NCBI GenBank assembly: GCA_028282465.1
Contig: JANQHX010000030.1
Span: 16,191-48,190 of the forward strand
Source: Gynuella sp.
GTDB lineage: Bacteria; Pseudomonadota; Gammaproteobacteria; Pseudomonadales; Natronospirillaceae
DNA: 32,000 nt
Reading direction: 5' to 3'
The notes beneath the pieces were generated by a model. That model did no database searches. It saw only the letters and a program-made list of their open reading frames with translations, and was not told the DNA's origin. Numbering within the stretch: position 1 is the stretch's first letter; every line of letters starts with the position of its first letter. Below, one piece after another: positions 29,345 through 32,000 of this stretch. The translations under genes and the position numbers were made by a program.

Positions 29345-29650
29345 ATGACTATTTCCGCTATTGGTAGTGGTGATGGAAAAGAGTTAACCATTAAAGTTTC
29401 GGGGCGTTTTGATTTCAGCGCGCACCAGGAATTTAGGCAGGTTTATGAAGGTGCATCACCTGATATTGAAAGCTATGTTGTTGATATGGCAGAAGCTACC
29501 TATTTAGACAGTTCGGCGTTGGGTATGCTGTTATTGTTGAGAGACCATGCGGGTGGTGATTCAGCAAACATTAAAATCAGTAACTGCAACAGCGATGTGA
29601 AAAAGATTTTGACCATTTCAAATTTCGGACAGTTGTTCGCAATTGATTAA
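29345..29650 (+). CDS. hsbA: STAS-domain anti-sigma-factor antagonist, HsbA-like
   Basis: LTIKVSGRFDFSAHQEFRQVYEG...YVVDMAEATYLDSSALGMLLLLRDHAGG; next to an HsbR-like and an HptB-like gene. Confidence 0.78.
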   Translation: MTISAIGSGDGKELTIKVSGRFDFSAHQEFRQVYEGASPDIESYVVDMAEATYLDSSALGMLLLLRDHAGGDSANIKISNCNSDVKKILTISNFGQLFAID

Positions 29651-29726
29651 CCGTCACCTAAAGACTGCAAGCTAGATACTGTTTTACTAGCTTGCCGTTT
29701 TATCTCCCTTCGGTTTGAGAGTATTT

Positions 29727-31418
29727 ATGTCTAAAAGCCTTAAAATTCTTATCGCCGATGACAATGACTCCGATCGCTTAATTCTTACCGCTATTGTCAA
29801 AAAAGAAGGGCATGAATCGGTAACTGCTGCTAACGGTCAAGAAGCCGTTGATATGTATAAAGAGCATAAGCCTGATATTGTACTGCTGGATGCCCTCATG
29901 CCAGTGATGGATGGTTTTAATGCCGCCAGATTGATCAAAGAAGCCTCGGGTGAAGACCTTGTTCCCATTATTTTTCTAACCAGCTTGCAAGACGCAGCCT
30001 CGCTAGCGAAATGTTTGGACTCTGGTGGAGATGATTTTCTTTCTAAGCCTTACAACCGAATTATTCTAAAAGCAAAAATAAATGCTTTTAGTCGCATGAG
30101 AACCATGCATTCTGCAATTCAGGAGCACAACAAACAATTGCTCTTGGAACAACAAGTTGCCAAAACGATTTTTGATAACGTCGCTCATTTAGGCTGCTTA
30201 GATGCAGGAAACCTAAAATACTCTTTATCGCCACTAGCCGTATTTAATGGCGACACGGTTTTAGCAGAACGAAAACCTGATGGCGGTATGTATGTTTTTT
30301 TGGGTGACTTTACCGGGCATGGATTACCTGCAGCCGTAGGGTCATTACCTCTTGCCGAAATTTTTTATGGTATGACAGGTAAAGGTTTTAACATCGAAGA
30401 AATTCTTCGAGAGATAAACCAGAAACTCAGAAAAATATTACCAACGGGCGTATTTTGTTGTGGCTCCATGATAGACATGGACTTCTATGAAAAGTCTGCC
30501 AAGGTTTGGGTGGGAGGCTTACCAAACTGTTTTCTTTACCATTCTGGTAATAAAGAAATTACAGAATTAATTTCTAAAAATCTTCCGCTTGGGGTTTTAG
30601 ACTCCAAAAGTTTTAAGCCAGTATTTGAAGAATACTCATTGGATATTGGTGACAGATTCTTTCTATGGTCTGATGGTATTATCGAATCCCGGAATGTCGA
30701 AGGCGAAATGTTTGGAGAAGATCGCTTAAGAGACGTTTTCTATAAATGCCAAGAGCCTGAAGAACTGTTCCAGCAAACTCTGTCAGCCGTTGATGAATTT
30801 ATTGGTGTCGAAGGTGTCAGAGACGACGATATTACCGTGCTGGAAGCCAAGATGGTTGAGCATGCGGAATTGGGTGAAAGCAATCTCCAAAACATGAAGG
30901 GCACATCGGTAGGCCCTATGGATTGGGAGCTTGAGTTTGTATTAAAGGCGGCGACCCTAAAACTCTACAACCCATTGCCATTGGTGCTTCACATAGTTAC
31001 TGAAGTGGAAGGGTTGCGCTCTGTGAGCGGCCAGCTTTATACCCTATTGGCTGAATTGTTTTCCAATGCACTGGAACACGGTGTATTAAATCTTAGCTCA
31101 GAGCTCAAAAAATCGACTGCGGGTTTTGCAGAATATTATCAGGCAAGAACCAAAGCGCTTGAACAGCTTTCTGAGGGTGAGGTAAAAGTCACCTTAAGGC
31201 ACAAACCATTAAACCTGGGAGGTTTGTTAACCATTCGGATGGAAGACACTGGAAATGGCTTTGATCATGAATCAATTATCAATAGAAGTCGAACCAATAA
31301 AGAATATAGTGGTAGGGGCTTGCCTTTGATTTCCAAAATCTGCGATAGTTTCGCCTATAAAGGTAAAGGCAACATTGTGGAAGCTACCATTCAATGGCCT
31401 GTAGTTAAAAAGATATAG
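29727..31418 (+). CDS. hsbR: Receiver - PP2C (SpoIIE-type) phosphatase - HATPase switch protein, HsbR-like
   Basis: Receiver ILIADDNDSDRLILTAIVKKEGHE...DIVLLDALMPVMDG; PP2C FVFLGDFTGHGLPAAVGSLPLAEIFY and RFFLWSDGIIESRN; C-terminal ELFSNALEHGVL and GRGLPLISKICD. ATG at 29727 follows GAGAG; the track start at 29715 is an upstream TTG. Confidence 0.82.
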   Translation: MSKSLKILIADDNDSDRLILTAIVKKEGHESVTAANGQEAVDMYKEHKPDIVLLDALMPVMDGFNAARLIKEASGEDLVPIIFLTSLQDAASLAKCLDSGGDDFLSKPYNRIILKAKINAFSRMRTMHSAIQEHNKQLLLEQQVAKTIFDNVAHLGCLDAGNLKYSLSPLAVFNGDTVLAERKPDGGMYVFLGDFTGHGLPAAVGSLPLAEIFYGMTGKGFNIEEILREINQKLRKILPTGVFCCGSMIDMDFYEKSAKVWVGGLPNCFLYHSGNKEITELISKNLPLGVLDSKSFKPVFEEYSLDIGDRFFLWSDGIIESRNVEGEMFGEDRLRDVFYKCQEPEELFQQTLSAVDEFIGVEGVRDDDITVLEAKMVEHAELGESNLQNMKGTSVGPMDWELEFVLKAATLKLYNPLPLVLHIVTEVEGLRSVSGQLYTLLAELFSNALEHGVLNLSSELKKSTAGFAEYYQARTKALEQLSEGEVKVTLRHKPLNLGGLLTIRMEDTGNGFDHESIINRSRTNKEYSGRGLPLISKICDSFAYKGKGNIVEATIQWPVVKKI

Positions 31419-31442
31419 AACTGAAACAGTCGGAGAAATCTC

Positions 31443-31790
31443 TTGGTTGATGTTAATGACCATTTAAACACCGAAGCATTAGATGAATTGAAAGAAGTAA
31501 TGGAAGACGACTTTAGTTTATTGATAGATACCTTTGTAACCGATAGCGAAACCAGGCTACAAACTTTGTCAGACTTAGTGATGGGAACGGATGCCGATGC
31601 AATTAGACGGGAAGCGCACAGTCTAAAAGGCAGCAGTAGTAATATTGGAGCCACTAAGATGACAGACCTTTGCAAGAGCCTTGAAGATCAGGGCAAAGAT
31701 GGGGTTCTGGACGGCGTACAGGGCTTAAAAGATGCTATCGCACAGGAATACCAATTGGTCAAAGGCCTTCTTGAGCAGCACTATAGTTAG
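31443..31790 (+). CDS. hptB: Histidine phosphotransfer (HPt) protein, HptB-like
   Basis: FSLLIDTFVTDSETRLQTLSDLVMGTDADAIRREAHSLKGSSSNIGATKM. TTG start preceded by GGAGA. Confidence 0.78.
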   Translation: MVDVNDHLNTEALDELKEVMEDDFSLLIDTFVTDSETRLQTLSDLVMGTDADAIRREAHSLKGSSSNIGATKMTDLCKSLEDQGKDGVLDGVQGLKDAIAQEYQLVKGLLEQHYS

Positions 31791-31802
31791 TGCTGCTTTT
31801 TC
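31774..31802 (+). terminator. Rho-independent terminator closing the fli-che-hsb cluster
   Basis: AGCAGCACTA(31774-31783)-TAGT-TAGTGCTGCT(31788-31797), a perfect 10-bp stem followed by TTTTTCG. It overlaps the end of the HPt ORF. Confidence 0.92.
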
Positions 31803-31889
31803 GTTTTTTCACCTGCTTATTTTCCCACCAAACAGCTACTTAGCCTAGCTGGCATAAAATCAAAATAAATCCCTAACTATCTTAATCCT

Positions 31890-31904
31890 TGGCCTTTGCT
31901 TTGC
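31890..31904 (+). promoter_or_regulatory. Second putative sigma54 promoter, for the next operon
   Basis: TGGC-CTTTGCT-TTGC fits TGGC-N7-TTGC, about 40 bp upstream of the ATG at 31943. Confidence 0.72.
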
Positions 31905-31942
31905 TATTTCTCCGATAAACGAACGCTTCAGAGTTTAGGTTT

Positions 31943-32000
31943 ATGTTGCAGGCATCTTTTCTGAATCTACTAATGGGTTCTGATATTCACTCCAGCGAAA
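31943..32000 (+). CDS. Start of a downstream ORF (truncated by window end), possibly another flagellar gene
   Basis: Open frame MLQASFLNLLMGSDIHSSE... behind the sigma54-like promoter. Too short to identify. Confidence 0.4.
   Translation, partial: MLQASFLNLLMGSDIHSSE

Noticed and set aside
29715-29726. TTG start for the HsbR-like gene
   Set aside because: ATG at 29727 has a GAGAG Shine-Dalgarno at good spacing and gives the expected receiver N-terminus.
31911-31918. TCCGATAA as a sigma28 (FliA) -10 element
   Set aside because: No TAAA-like -35 at the required 15-bp spacing; the sigma54-like match nearby is much better.
1-32000. CRISPR array, tRNA, rRNA, prophage, retron, defence or toxin-antitoxin system
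   Set aside because: No regularly spaced repeats, RNA gene signatures, reverse transcriptase, nuclease/ATPase defence genes or integrase seen on either strand.

Overview
The window looks like ordinary chromosome from a motile gammaproteobacterium (taxonomic guess only), in three blocks. (1) About 1-6.4 kb: the 3' part of cdd on + converges on a minus-strand nucleoside catabolism operon, read xapX-nupC-deoC-deoA-deoB-deoD. A strong CRP-like site lies upstream of it, and a Zn-ribbon, transposase-like orphan gene runs divergently from that site. (2) About 7.9-10.4 kb: an iron block with a strong Fur-like box, a small Cys-rich/TPR-like ORF, two complementary bacterioferritin subunit genes and bfd behind a cluster of Fur-like sites. 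(3) About 10.55-31.8 kb: a co-directional flagellar/chemotaxis supercluster behind a sigma54-like promoter: fliE-fliF-fliG-fliH-fliI-fliJ, STAS-cheY-cheA-cheW-mcp-mcp-cheR-cheD-cheB, then an HsbA/HsbR/HptB-like module. It ends at a perfect 10-bp-stem terminator that overlaps the last stop codon. A second sigma54-like promoter and the start of another ORF follow. I found no clearly new defence or mobile system, CRISPR array, tRNA or rRNA. The best leads are: a ~120-aa very acidic C-terminal tail on FliH paired with a basic K/R/P tail on FliI in the adjacent gene; the two bacterioferritin subunits with reciprocal loss of heme ligand and ferroxidase residues; the che cluster plus Hsb partner-switch module embedded in one flagellar transcription unit; tandem MCPs carrying xWxxF C-terminal tethers; and the possibly domesticated transposase-like gene beside the CRP site.
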